The translations under genes and the position numbers were made by a program. This document shows, in pieces, positions 1-9,226 of a DNA stretch of 64,000 bases (positions are counted from its first letter, which is position 1; each line of letters begins with the position of its first letter). The DNA lies in assembly GCA_964445165.1 (NCBI GenBank), contig CAYUJZ010000001.1, positions 1,591 to 65,590 on the forward strand, given 5' to 3'. The DNA comes from an uncultured Methanosarcinales archaeon. GTDB taxonomy: Archaea > Nanobdellota > Nanobdellia > Woesearchaeales > JASKKU01. Below the pieces are notes generated by a model. The model was not told the origin of the DNA and did no database searches. It saw nothing but the letters and a program-made list of their open reading frames with translations.

Positions 1-899
1 GTAATTGAGATGGCTTTCAGGCCTTTTAGGGAGTTGTGCTTTGCTGTTATTGAGATTTCCCCGAAGTCTGAGCTGATGTCAAACGCGTCCTGGATTACTC
101 TCAGGATGGCTTCTGAAACCTCTTTTTTTTCCTCTGTGAAAATGATGTGATTCTTTAGCTCAGGGAGCCTTTTTCTGAATTCTTCTTTGTTTTTTAGGTT
201 GATTGTTGGCAAGGTGCTTGTGGATTCAGTGCTAAAAGCGAGTTTTGAGTCGAACTCGTTTTTGCAGTTAACGCAGTAGCTGCCCGCAGGAACGATTTTC
301 CTGCAGGCTGGGCATATAAGCACAGTGCCTGAATCTAAGACTGTGCCTGCAACCCTTGGCAGGAAGGCAAAGGATATAGCATCCCTCAGTATTCCGTCTC
401 CTATGCCTATTCTCAGGTCGCCGAGGATTAGCCTTGATATGTAGGCTGCCTCTTTCGGGCTTGAGTTCAGGAAGAGGTTCAGGACTGAGCTGGATTTCTG
501 GTCAACCGAGCCCTTGCCTTCTAAAGAAGGGATTTTGGCAAGGGCGGAGTGAACATCTTCTATGATGAGTTTCTTTTTGAATAATGACTGCTGGGTTTTT
601 CCTGTTATCAAAGACTCTGCAACCAGACCAAGGTCACCTTTTGACGCCCAGAGCTTCTCTACGACGCCTGGGCTTTTGCCTGAGGCTTTTGAGATGATTT
701 TAATCAATAGCCCTGATGAGATGCCCAGCTCCCTCGGGTCCCAGTGAGGGAAAACCCTGCCTTGGGCAAGGTAGGAGACTCTTTTCAGACATGCGTCATC
801 CAGGTCAGAGAGGAAGCTCCCCAGAATGTATGTCTTCTCCAGGCGCTTTGTTGTTGAGCGCAGCTTCTCGTAAAGCTCAACCAGCTCTTCAAATTCCAT
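1..899 (-). CDS. lig: ATP-dependent DNA ligase, N-terminal DNA-binding domain (gene starts at 899 and runs off the window at position 1); carries an inserted CPAC...CVNC zinc-ribbon
   Basis: I translated the minus strand by hand: MEFEELVELYEKLRSTTKRLEKTYILGSFL...YLAQGRVFPHWDPRELGISSGLLIKIISKASGKSPGVVEKLWASKGDLGLVAESL...SPKEAAYISRLILGDLRIGIGDGILRDAISFAF. This is the archaeal/eukaryotic ATP-ligase N-terminal domain signature. No ORF-track entry exists because the frame is open at the window edge. Confidence 0.6.
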   Translation of the reverse strand, partial: MEFEELVELYEKLRSTTKRLEKTYILGSFLSDLDDACLKRVSYLAQGRVFPHWDPRELGISSGLLIKIISKASGKSPGVVEKLWASKGDLGLVAESLITGKTQQSLFKKKLIIEDVHSALAKIPSLEGKGSVDQKSSSVLNLFLNSSPKEAAYISRLILGDLRIGIGDGILRDAISFAFLPRVAGTVLDSGTVLICPACRKIVPAGSYCVNCKNEFDSKLAFSTESTSTLPTINLKNKEEFRKRLPELKNHIIFTEEKKEVSEAILRVIQDAFDISSDFGEISITAKHNSLKGLKAISI

Positions 900-946
900 G
901 AGGAAAAAGCAAAGTGGTTTTTTGTTTATTAAACTTTCTTTTGGGG

Positions 947-2044
947 TTATGTGCATTTCAGGCTTGAAATGTCGCAGGTGTAGCCAGAGCCGCACCCTGC
1001 TGAAGCACCGTGGTAAACTGCAAGTCCTTTCAGGTAGAAGTGGCTGTTGCTGTTCATAGAGACAAGGTAAGTTGCGCCGTTTTTTACCACAACGTCGTTG
1101 CCGGACTCGGAAGGAACGCTTGCTTCTTCCTGGATTGTGCCTGTGATATAGCAGTTGCTTGTGCTGAATGCGAACCTGTCGGTTGCGCCTTGCCTGACTA
1201 TTAAGGAATTTGAAAGCGAGCCAGGGGGTGCTGTGTTCTGGTTCATGGTGTTGCATTTGAACAAGGCATTACCGTTTTTGTCAATCAAAAGAACACCAGT
1301 GCCTGAAGTGAGTGTAATATTCAGATAAGGCGCCTCAAAGACCACGCCGCACATACCGCCGATTCTTCTCCAGTATCCGCTATCACATTGGTAGCTGCCT
1401 CTAGTAGTGCCATGATTATAGCAAGTGTTGTCATACACACACTTGTTAGCCTGGTTGCAGCAGGCATTGGTATCGCCTCCTGTACAGGAACCTGTGTCTC
1501 CTTCACAGTTAATTATATATTCGTTTGAGTCGTCTCCGCAACAGGTGTTGATATCACCACCAAGAGCCCACCTCCCAGAACCAACTGCACATGTACAAAA
1601 GTCCTGATTTGCATCCCAATTTACTGTGTAAACTGTAACACCATCGTTCGATGGGGAACCAAAATCCGGATCGTCCGAGATAACGTGCGCTGTGTAAGCA
1701 CCCTCTACATTACAGCAAGCAGAGTCGTAGCTATAGTCATCACAGGTTGCAGTTACCTCTGTTAACGAAGATGCTCCTTCTGTTGGGCAACTCGAATGGC
1801 TTACTATAGTATCCTGGTCGCTTGCAACTACTACACTGTTCGGGTTTCTTATTTCGACCCGCATGTAATAGCCTTCTGCAAACTGGGCTAGTGAAAAGAA
1901 AGAGAATAAAATTATTAAAAATATTGAAGAGGACCTGCAAAACAGTGGTTTTCTGCCTTTTAGAGGCGCTACAGCAAAAAAAAAGCAGCACCTAACAAAA
2001 AAAATAATACTTATGCCCATCAGGAAAAGCCAAAACATGCTCAA
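947..2044 (-). CDS. Cys-rich secreted/membrane-anchored protein of unknown function (about 40 Cys, repeated CCGDD / CC-N motifs, N-terminal hydrophobic segments)
   Basis: 365 aa ORF. The N-terminus has two hydrophobic stretches followed by a Cys/Gly/Asp/Asn/Thr-rich ectodomain with an N-x-T sequon. I recognise no family. Confidence 0.45.
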   Translation of the reverse strand: MSMFWLFLMGISIIFFVRCCFFFAVAPLKGRKPLFCRSSSIFLIILFSFFSLAQFAEGYYMRVEIRNPNSVVVASDQDTIVSHSSCPTEGASSLTEVTATCDDYSYDSACCNVEGAYTAHVISDDPDFGSPSNDGVTVYTVNWDANQDFCTCAVGSGRWALGGDINTCCGDDSNEYIINCEGDTGSCTGGDTNACCNQANKCVYDNTCYNHGTTRGSYQCDSGYWRRIGGMCGVVFEAPYLNITLTSGTGVLLIDKNGNALFKCNTMNQNTAPPGSLSNSLIVRQGATDRFAFSTSNCYITGTIQEEASVPSESGNDVVVKNGATYLVSMNSNSHFYLKGLAVYHGASAGCGSGYTCDISSLKCT

Positions 2045-2165
2045 TTATCATTATGGTGCGCTGCATTTATAAATCTTGCTCTCCATGTTTTGTCGGTGCC
2101 AGAAAAAATCAATAAAAAGCATTCAGCAACAGAACAATATTTAAAAGGCAAGGAAAAACAACTAA

Positions 2166-2501
2166 ATGAAAAAACCGGGGAAGAATATGAAAAGCAGGTT
2201 GTCTGAGCTAATAAAAAGCCTTAGAATAACAAAGGAGAGCAGAGATATCCTATTAATGTTTATTATAATCCTTATAGTAATGGCTCTTCTTGAAACCATC
2301 AACCCAAGAGTAATTCAAACTGAATATGAGATAATTGACCCTGAATGCAGAATTGAGATTCTTGATAAGTTTCCGGTTGGAATGCAGGATATGCTGAAAA
2401 TACAAATCGACGGAGAGCAGAAGGTGTTTTTTGTTCCTGCTGACACTATCAGAAAAATGATTTATGTTGACTGTGAAGATGGCACTCTTGAACATTATTA
2501 A
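2166..2501 (+). CDS. small membrane protein, unknown function
   Basis: 111 aa ORF with a basic N-terminus, one hydrophobic helix (LLMFIIILIVMALL) and an acidic C-terminal domain. TATA-like tttaaaa lies about 27 nt upstream of the ATG. Confidence 0.35.
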   Translation: MKKPGKNMKSRLSELIKSLRITKESRDILLMFIIILIVMALLETINPRVIQTEYEIIDPECRIEILDKFPVGMQDMLKIQIDGEQKVFFVPADTIRKMIYVDCEDGTLEHY

Positions 2502-3642
2502 TGGACTTTGGTGGGCTTGCTTTATTTATCTTGGGCTTAAAACAAGCTTAAGCGACCTAAAGGACGGGAAAATCAAGAATAAGGATATAGCTTTAATGAT
2601 TGCTGCTTCGGTTGCTTTTTGTTTTGCCTGGAGCTTCTCTGCTTCTATTGAATTCGGAATCGGGTTTTTCAGCGTATTTGCAAGGTTTTTTTACCATCAG
2701 GCTATAAGCTTTATCCTTGGGATTTTGCTTGGCGTGGCCTTCTGGTTCCTTGGGCTTTGGCCCCCTGGTGACGCTAAGCTTTTCGCAGCTTACTGCTTTC
2801 TAATTCCGGTAGGAATGGTAAGGTATGGGCAGTTCCCTTTCTTCGTTAATTTTTTTATAAACATAACCGTGATCACGGCATTTGTAATCCTGCTTAAGAA
2901 AATAAAGAGATTCAGGTTCGAGAAATCAACATTTACATGGAAAGCCATGCTTATAACTCTTACTGGTGTCTTCTCCATAACCTGGATTATCGAAATAATT
3001 TCTAGGCTCTTCCAGATTGAGCTAGGCATGGTTGGATTCGTTTTCTTTATGTTTGCAATATTTGCCATTATGAATAAAGTGCTTAAAGTGTCTGCTTCGT
3101 ACTTTTTTATTGGAATCTCGCTCTTGAGGCTTCTTCTGGACTATCCTAACTATTTTGACTGGGGCACCCTTTTCAGTCTCTTTCAGCTCTGGTTTTTCCT
3201 TGTTGTCATCAGAATGGTTCTAGTTGACTTCAACTTCATAATAAACACCAAGAAAGTCAGAATAGAAGACCTAAAAGAGAATATGCTACTTGCTCAGGTT
3301 CCTGTGAAGGTAAAAGGTAAGGTCATAATGAAGCCCCGAAAACAGTTTGCTTTTTACCAGTATCTTATGACAAAATTCAATGTCGAGGATTCAGGAAAGC
3401 CTGTTTTTGATTATGACCCCACTTTCGGGCTCACTGCTGGCCAGATAAAACAGCTAAAGTCTTTAGCTGAAAGAAAAGGAATTCAGCACATCCTTGTCTT
3501 CAGAACCATCTTTTTTGCACCCATAATTTTCTTTGCCGCCATTGCGTCTATAATTGCAAGAGGAAGCATCTTTTATTTTTTCGGCTGGCATTTTGCCTTC
3601 CTTTTAGAGGCAATTGGAAATATCCTTAGGGTTATTTTTTAA
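2464..3642 (+). CDS. polytopic membrane protein, possible A24-family (prepilin/preflagellin) aspartyl peptidase with a C-terminal extension
   Basis: 392 aa with many TM helices. The motif LSDLKDGKIKN (first-Asp loop) and PPGDAKLFAAY resemble the D...K/R..IP and GGxD(V/A)KL catalytic motifs of FlaK/PibD-type peptidases. The start may be at an internal Met, since this ORF overlaps the previous one by 38 nt. Confidence 0.4.
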   Translation: MLTVKMALLNIINGLWWACFIYLGLKTSLSDLKDGKIKNKDIALMIAASVAFCFAWSFSASIEFGIGFFSVFARFFYHQAISFILGILLGVAFWFLGLWPPGDAKLFAAYCFLIPVGMVRYGQFPFFVNFFINITVITAFVILLKKIKRFRFEKSTFTWKAMLITLTGVFSITWIIEIISRLFQIELGMVGFVFFMFAIFAIMNKVLKVSASYFFIGISLLRLLLDYPNYFDWGTLFSLFQLWFFLVVIRMVLVDFNFIINTKKVRIEDLKENMLLAQVPVKVKGKVIMKPRKQFAFYQYLMTKFNVEDSGKPVFDYDPTFGLTAGQIKQLKSLAERKGIQHILVFRTIFFAPIIFFAAIASIIARGSIFYFFGWHFAFLLEAIGNILRVIF

Positions 3643-3734
3643 AGAGTAGGTTAAATAACAGGGATGTTAATGATCTTTTTTAGCGTCTTCAAACGAAAGG
3701 AATTTAAATCTGGAGAAAATCCATAAGAAAGAAA

Positions 3735-4331
3735 TTGGAAACTCAAAACAAGGCTTCTCTTAAGGCTGAAAAGAACGGACAAAAAACTATAATTGTTTGC
3801 AGAGAGCTATTCTCGCTGGCAACCGTGCTTGCATCTGCATATGAAATGCAGGAAGAAGCCTATTTTGACTTCAGGACAAAAAAGAATCAGATTGAGGTTT
3901 CCTTGGTTCATCTTAAGAAAAAAGAGGCAGAAAAAGAAGTTGTAGAGAAGAAATTTTTCAATAACCTTGTAAAGTTTTCATGGTATGAACTGAATCTGGC
4001 TAACAAGATAGCACTAAGGTGGCTTAACAACAAACAGTACTACTACTACTTTGACTATGCGCAAAGCCCAGAAGACTTTTTTGATGAGGAATATTTAAAC
4101 GGAAGCGAGAGAACACAACAAGAAGAGCCCAAAAAAGAAGATGTTTCAAATGAACAAGATACAGATATGGCTCCTTCGAGTCAAGATATAGAAACGCAAG
4201 AATCCAACAGGTATGACGATAATGCAGAGATTGATGACGTAGATGACTTCGATAAAATAATCATAGATGACCCTTCAGGCATTTCTGTTCCATGGGAGGT
4301 GAAGCATGGTGAAACAAGAAACAAAAAATGA
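3735..4331 (+). CDS. acidic hypothetical protein
   Basis: 198 aa ORF, D/E-rich, with no recognisable motif. Confidence 0.4.
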   Translation: METQNKASLKAEKNGQKTIIVCRELFSLATVLASAYEMQEEAYFDFRTKKNQIEVSLVHLKKKEAEKEVVEKKFFNNLVKFSWYELNLANKIALRWLNNKQYYYYFDYAQSPEDFFDEEYLNGSERTQQEEPKKEDVSNEQDTDMAPSSQDIETQESNRYDDNAEIDDVDDFDKIIIDDPSGISVPWEVKHGETRNKK

Positions 4332-4824
4332 GATTAAGCAAATTGAGAGGTTTGCAAACATAAAGATAATTGAAAAGCAGGGGAATGTTGTTTCCATAAT
4401 TGATATAGACGCCACGACCTTCCCCTTAAAGGTTATTCTTGCAGCGGTCTACACCAGCATTGAAAAAGCTGGGTTCATTGTTGATAAAAAAAATAAAAGC
4501 TATGTCATTGAAATCATGAAAACTAGTGCAAAGCCAAAAGAATTGCTTCAGCTTTCAAAGGAATTCCAGAACAGGCTGATAGACCATGCTTTTTACGAAT
4601 TGCAAACGATGAGGACTGCACCGCTTAATGACCTGCTTTTGCATGCAGTTGACTTTCCTTATGATTATGCAGAACAAAGCCTCAAAGAAGAGGAAACAGA
4701 GCAAGAACTAAAGCACATCCCTGACGAGGTTGACGAGAAAGAACTCGAAGAGGCATTTGGTGTGGAAGAGCTTGAAATTCCGTGGTCTGAAGAAGAGAAA
4801 AACGAAGGAGGTGAAAAAAGATGA
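4306..4824 (+). CDS. acidic hypothetical protein
   Basis: 172 aa ORF, overlaps the upstream ORF, E-rich C-terminus. Confidence 0.4.
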   Translation: MVKQETKNEIKQIERFANIKIIEKQGNVVSIIDIDATTFPLKVILAAVYTSIEKAGFIVDKKNKSYVIEIMKTSAKPKELLQLSKEFQNRLIDHAFYELQTMRTAPLNDLLLHAVDFPYDYAEQSLKEEETEQELKHIPDEVDEKELEEAFGVEELEIPWSEEEKNEGGEKR

Positions 4825-5126
4825 TAGAATACTCGCTTAAAAAAAACGCTGCTATCATTGAGTTTGAAGATTCTGTTTATCCCTATCCGATAATACTGGA
4901 AGCTGCCCACAACTTTCTGGAAGGCTGTTGGGTTACGCTTGAAAAGAAAGGCAAAAGGTACATTCTGGGAATTGAGTCAAAAGAAGACGATGAAGCTTCT
5001 GAAATAATCTCTGCTTTTTTCAATTTCATGAATGGGCTTATCTTCAGCAAAATTTCGGAAGAAGCCAACGATGATGAAAAAAACAAAGGCGAGGATGAGT
5101 GCAGACCGGAAAAGGAGGAATGTTAA
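4821..5126 (+). CDS. small hypothetical protein ending ...GEDECRPEKEEC, immediately upstream of the rSAM-SPASM gene
   Basis: 101 aa ORF. Its start overlaps the previous stop in an ATGA arrangement, and it is followed 27 nt later by the rSAM-SPASM ORF. Confidence 0.4.
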   Translation: MIEYSLKKNAAIIEFEDSVYPYPIILEAAHNFLEGCWVTLEKKGKRYILGIESKEDDEASEIISAFFNFMNGLIFSKISEEANDDEKNKGEDECRPEKEEC

Positions 5127-5153
5127 CCAAGCCAGATAAAAAGCGGTTGTTTT

Positions 5154-6581
5154 TTGAAGATGAAAAAAAAATATATCCTTGGAAGGGACTACAAAGAAAC
5201 TTTTTGCAGAGTTAAAGACTATGGGAAAAAGGGAAAGCTCATTATAAATGAGCTTGGCAAATGGCTTCTTCTGAGCAATGACGAATACAAAAGGTTTGTT
5301 TTCAAAGACTTTGACCAGGAGCTCTTCGAAAAGCTTGAGAAGAGCCTGCTCATAAAGACAAAAGCAAACTCAAAAGACATTCTTCATTTTTCAGGAAAAA
5401 TGTTTTGGGATATTACCAACGCGACAAGCCTCCATATCCTGGTGCCAACACTCAGGTGCAACCACACCTGTACCTACTGCTATGCTTTTAGAGAGCCTGA
5501 GGAAGCCAAAGGGTATGATATGAGTGAGGATACTGCAAAAAGAATTGTTGACTTCATTTTTCAGGCGCCTGCACCCAATATAGTTATTGAGTTTACGGGC
5601 GGAGAGCCCCTGCTTAAGCCAGACATTATCAGGTTCATTGTTGAATATGCAGAAGAAAAAAACAAAAAAGCACAGAAAAAACTAAGTTTTGCTCTCGTAA
5701 CAAATGGAACCTTGCTTGATGAGGGAATGTTTAAGTTTATCAAAGAACATAAAATAGGGCTTTGCTTTTCTCTGGATGGGCCAAAAGAAGTCCACGACAA
5801 GAATAGAAAATACACAAAATTCCCGGGAAAAAGCACATACGAAGATGTATACAGGCTGGTAAAAAAATACAAGATGAAAGAATACAAAGAGAGAACCTTT
5901 GCCCTTCCAGTCATAACAAAATCAGCTCTTCCCAAATATAAAAAGATAATTGACCTCTATGTCAGCTTGGGTTTCAAAAGCTTTAGATACAAGTACCTAA
6001 CCGACTTTGGCTTTGCCACATCAAACTGGAAGAATCTTTCTTACTCGCCGGAACAGTTTGTAAAAACTTGGAAGAATGTTGTTGAATATATCCTTGAGCT
6101 GAATAAAAAGGGCATCCAGATGAGAGAAGAAATTACAAGCATCTTCATTAGAAAGCTTATTTTGGGCGAAAATCCGGGCTTTGCAGAACTCGCTGTTCCT
6201 TGCGGGGCTGTTGACGGGCAGATTATTTATGATTACGATGGCGGGATTTACACCTGTGATGAGGCAAGAACGCTGGGAGACACCTTTAAGATTGGCAATG
6301 TTCACGATATTGACTACAAAGATATGAAGAACAACAAGATTAGAAAACTTATGAAAATCAATTCTGCCTTGTTTGGGTTTACTTGTGATGACTGCCCTTG
6401 GATTCCTTTTTGTGGCATATGTCCGCTTGAAAACTATAAAAAAGAGGGCACTATGGTAGTGAATATCCCTAAAAACAGCAGGTGCTACATTCACAAAAAC
6501 ATGATTGAATACCTTTTTGAGAAGGTTTTATTTGACAAGGAAGCTTCAGAGCTATTAAGAAAATGGCCAAAGATTAACTGA
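5154..6581 (+). CDS. radical SAM enzyme with a full C-terminal SPASM domain and a ~100 aa N-terminal extension (peptide-maturase-like architecture)
   Basis: CNHTCTYC is a CxxxCxxC motif and GGEPLL follows. The C-terminus reads C..GGIYTC(GX4C)...CDDCPWIPFCGICP...C, a 7-Cys SPASM pattern. Confidence 0.85.
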   Translation: MKMKKKYILGRDYKETFCRVKDYGKKGKLIINELGKWLLLSNDEYKRFVFKDFDQELFEKLEKSLLIKTKANSKDILHFSGKMFWDITNATSLHILVPTLRCNHTCTYCYAFREPEEAKGYDMSEDTAKRIVDFIFQAPAPNIVIEFTGGEPLLKPDIIRFIVEYAEEKNKKAQKKLSFALVTNGTLLDEGMFKFIKEHKIGLCFSLDGPKEVHDKNRKYTKFPGKSTYEDVYRLVKKYKMKEYKERTFALPVITKSALPKYKKIIDLYVSLGFKSFRYKYLTDFGFATSNWKNLSYSPEQFVKTWKNVVEYILELNKKGIQMREEITSIFIRKLILGENPGFAELAVPCGAVDGQIIYDYDGGIYTCDEARTLGDTFKIGNVHDIDYKDMKNNKIRKLMKINSALFGFTCDDCPWIPFCGICPLENYKKEGTMVVNIPKNSRCYIHKNMIEYLFEKVLFDKEASELLRKWPKIN

Positions 6582-6618
6582 ACCACTGAATTCAGCACAT
6601 TTTTTATCTTGCTCCAAA

Positions 6619-7581
6619 ATGACAGAAAGAGTAGATGTCAAAACAGGGTACTACTGCAATAATTGGTGCAGGTTCTGCGTTCAGGCTCAAAACAGGAAAT
6701 ATGGTAATAGAACTACTCAGGAGATTAAGGATTCTCTTGCTGAAGCAAAGAAAGGAGGGGTAACCGGAGTAGTTTTCACAGGCGGCGAGTTCACAATAAG
6801 AAAAGATGCCCTTACCTTGATTAAATATGCGAAATCCATTGGCTATAATGATGTGATGCTACAGTCAAATGGGAGAATGTTCTCCAACAAGGATTATGTT
6901 AAAAAACTTATCTCTGCAGGTGCAAACCAATTTTCTCCTGCAATTCATGGCTCTTGCGCCGAAATACACGACTACCTTACGCGTGCCCCCGGCGCATGGA
7001 ATCAGGCAGTTAGAGGAATCAGGCTCCTCAGAAGCCTGGACCAAAATGTAATCATTAACTGTGTTGTTGTGAAGGCAAACATGAGAGACCTGCCAAACAT
7101 TGCAAAGCTGCTTGTAAGCCTGGATGTGAACCAGTTTCAGTTTGCATTTGTTCATATAATGGGAAATGCTTTTGAGAATAAGGAATCAATTGTGCCTATC
7201 GCAAGCACCACTTCTCTTTATATGAAAAAAGGGCTCATAATAGGAATAAATGCCAAGAAAAGAGTTATGGTTGAGGCAATGCCTTATTGCCTTATGAAGG
7301 GCTACGAAAGGTATGTCACTGAGCTGTACATTCCAGAGACAATGGTGAGAGAAAAGGACTTTTGGATAAAAGACTTCGAGAAAGTCAGAAGAACAGAAGG
7401 AAAAACGCTTTTCTCTCAGTGCAAAGAATGCAGGTTCAGGCTAATTTGCGAGGGTCCCTGGAGAGAATACCCTGAACTAATGGGAAAGGACGAATTCAAG
7501 CCTGTTCCCGGGGAAGTAATAAAAAACAAAAAAGAAATACTTGATAACTATGAGGATTTTCCTGTTGTTCCAACAGTGTAA
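6619..7581 (+). CDS. short radical SAM enzyme, twitch-like C-terminus (family member 1)
   Basis: CNNWCRFC motif at residues 13-20, TGGEFT, HG...H..LTR...W.QAV.GIRLL, and C-terminal CKECRFRLIC. Confidence 0.8.
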   Translation: MTERVDVKTGYYCNNWCRFCVQAQNRKYGNRTTQEIKDSLAEAKKGGVTGVVFTGGEFTIRKDALTLIKYAKSIGYNDVMLQSNGRMFSNKDYVKKLISAGANQFSPAIHGSCAEIHDYLTRAPGAWNQAVRGIRLLRSLDQNVIINCVVVKANMRDLPNIAKLLVSLDVNQFQFAFVHIMGNAFENKESIVPIASTTSLYMKKGLIIGINAKKRVMVEAMPYCLMKGYERYVTELYIPETMVREKDFWIKDFEKVRRTEGKTLFSQCKECRFRLICEGPWREYPELMGKDEFKPVPGEVIKNKKEILDNYEDFPVVPTV

Positions 7582-7595
7582 CATCAATCTTTAAC

Positions 7596-8729
7596 TTGCT
7601 AGGGGAGGAAAAAATGATACAAAAAAACGAGAATAATTCCCGGAAAGATACATCTCTGGCTATCGACAAAATAGCTCACCTGAGAAATCCCTTTCAACTG
7701 CTTTCAAGAATCGCCTTTTTAATAATAATCGCCTTAATCCTGTACATTGGCTTGAATAGAAGAAGCTTTGTGCTGATAATCATTGGGGGCGTCCTTGTTG
7801 CAACCTTCGCTCTTTTTTTGCTTAATGGCCTCATGACGAAAGTATCCTTAAGTGAACAAAAGATTTGCATCAGGACATTAACAGACAAACTGGAAATAAA
7901 AAAGAAAAACACCAGGAGAATTACAAGACTAATTCCAAAAAAAAAAAATACAAACTATAGGGAATACATTATTGAATATGAAGACGAAGAAGAAAACGAA
8001 GTAATCAAGAAGAGAATATATGGAATTTATGATTATGCAACTTTTGAAGATGCCTTGCGGGAATGGGATATTCCTATAACCAATGTTTCGAAAAGAAAAT
8101 ACAACAAAAAAACAGCTTATTTTTTTGCTGGTGCCTTTGTAATACTCTCTATCATTTTTATGCTTGCGTATTTTGGCGGAAATAATAAAAACCTCGGAGA
8201 GCCTTCTATTCCCGGCGGATTCTTAACTGATTCAGAAGATGCATCAGAGCTAAATCTTCATAAGCTGAGCGTCAGGATGCAGTCTGTAATAGAAGACTTA
8301 AATCAGGGGCATCTTTTCGAAGGGATTGAAAAACCTATTCAAGCAAGAAGAGTATTTCTAAGTTCAGATAAGCTAATGCTTTTTTCAACAGAAGAGCCTT
8401 ATCCCAGACTTGCAATCCTTTACCTATTCTCTGATACTACTCTCAACTTTTCAATCAGGCTTTGCTTTGATGAATTATGCAAGTATTATTCTGAATTTAG
8501 AATGAAGGCTTCAGACTTTAGCCATCCTCCAGCTTTCATTACTTCCGCGGATTCGCCTCTTGTAGACATTGAGCTTAAAACTTCAATAAATGATTTGAGG
8601 GGAACTGCCTTTTTATCTTTTGGGCTGGATAAAATAGAAGGACTGTGGATTGAAAGGGTTGAATTGATCGAAAACGAAGCGAGAAGAGAAGAACACGCAG
8701 CCTTTGATGTTAAGGAGGTAATAAGATGA
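7596..8729 (+). CDS. membrane protein of unknown function (3 TM); its C-terminal domain is paralogous to the next ORF
   Basis: 377 aa. The LMLFSTEE...LNFSIRLCFDELC segment resembles LFLFSSSRKED...VKLCFSESCDE in the 8726 ORF. A 12-nt poly-A tract lies in the coding sequence at 7937-7948. Confidence 0.5.
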   Translation: MLGEEKMIQKNENNSRKDTSLAIDKIAHLRNPFQLLSRIAFLIIIALILYIGLNRRSFVLIIIGGVLVATFALFLLNGLMTKVSLSEQKICIRTLTDKLEIKKKNTRRITRLIPKKKNTNYREYIIEYEDEEENEVIKKRIYGIYDYATFEDALREWDIPITNVSKRKYNKKTAYFFAGAFVILSIIFMLAYFGGNNKNLGEPSIPGGFLTDSEDASELNLHKLSVRMQSVIEDLNQGHLFEGIEKPIQARRVFLSSDKLMLFSTEEPYPRLAILYLFSDTTLNFSIRLCFDELCKYYSEFRMKASDFSHPPAFITSADSPLVDIELKTSINDLRGTAFLSFGLDKIEGLWIERVELIENEARREEHAAFDVKEVIR

Positions 8730-9217
8730 GCGAAGGTAGCCTGGAGCAAAACATCCCTGATATGGAAGAGGTAAGAGAACTCATATTGAGCAGGGCAATA
8801 TTTAAAGAGGTAAAAGAGGTTAGGCCCCTGAGGAAAGTTTACTTTTCAAACGAAAGCCTATTTTTGTTCTCATCTTCAAGAAAAGAAGACAAATTAAGCA
8901 TGATTTACAGAATTGCAAAAAATGAAGAAGCAAGTGTTAAGCTATGCTTTAGCGAAAGCTGTGATGAGAATACTACATTTATAATGAGCAGAGATGGATT
9001 ATCTGACGGGAAAGTCAAGACAAGCATTTCCTACATGAGCCCTCTAAGAGACTTCGTACTTGTGACATCTTCAGATGACGAGTTGAGGGTTTTTCTATTA
9101 AGCTTTGACAAAAAAAGCGTGGATAACAAAATGCTTTTCAAGATAATAGTTGAAGAAATAAAAGAAGATGGTGAAAAAACTAAAAAAGAGTACACTGTTG
9201 GAAAAAAAATAAAATAA
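8726..9217 (+). CDS. soluble hypothetical protein, paralogous to the C-terminal domain of the preceding ORF
   Basis: 163 aa with an ATGA overlap to the upstream ORF. Confidence 0.5.
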   Translation: MSEGSLEQNIPDMEEVRELILSRAIFKEVKEVRPLRKVYFSNESLFLFSSSRKEDKLSMIYRIAKNEEASVKLCFSESCDENTTFIMSRDGLSDGKVKTSISYMSPLRDFVLVTSSDDELRVFLLSFDKKSVDNKMLFKIIVEEIKEDGEKTKKEYTVGKKIK

Positions 9218-9226
9218 TCTCCGAAA

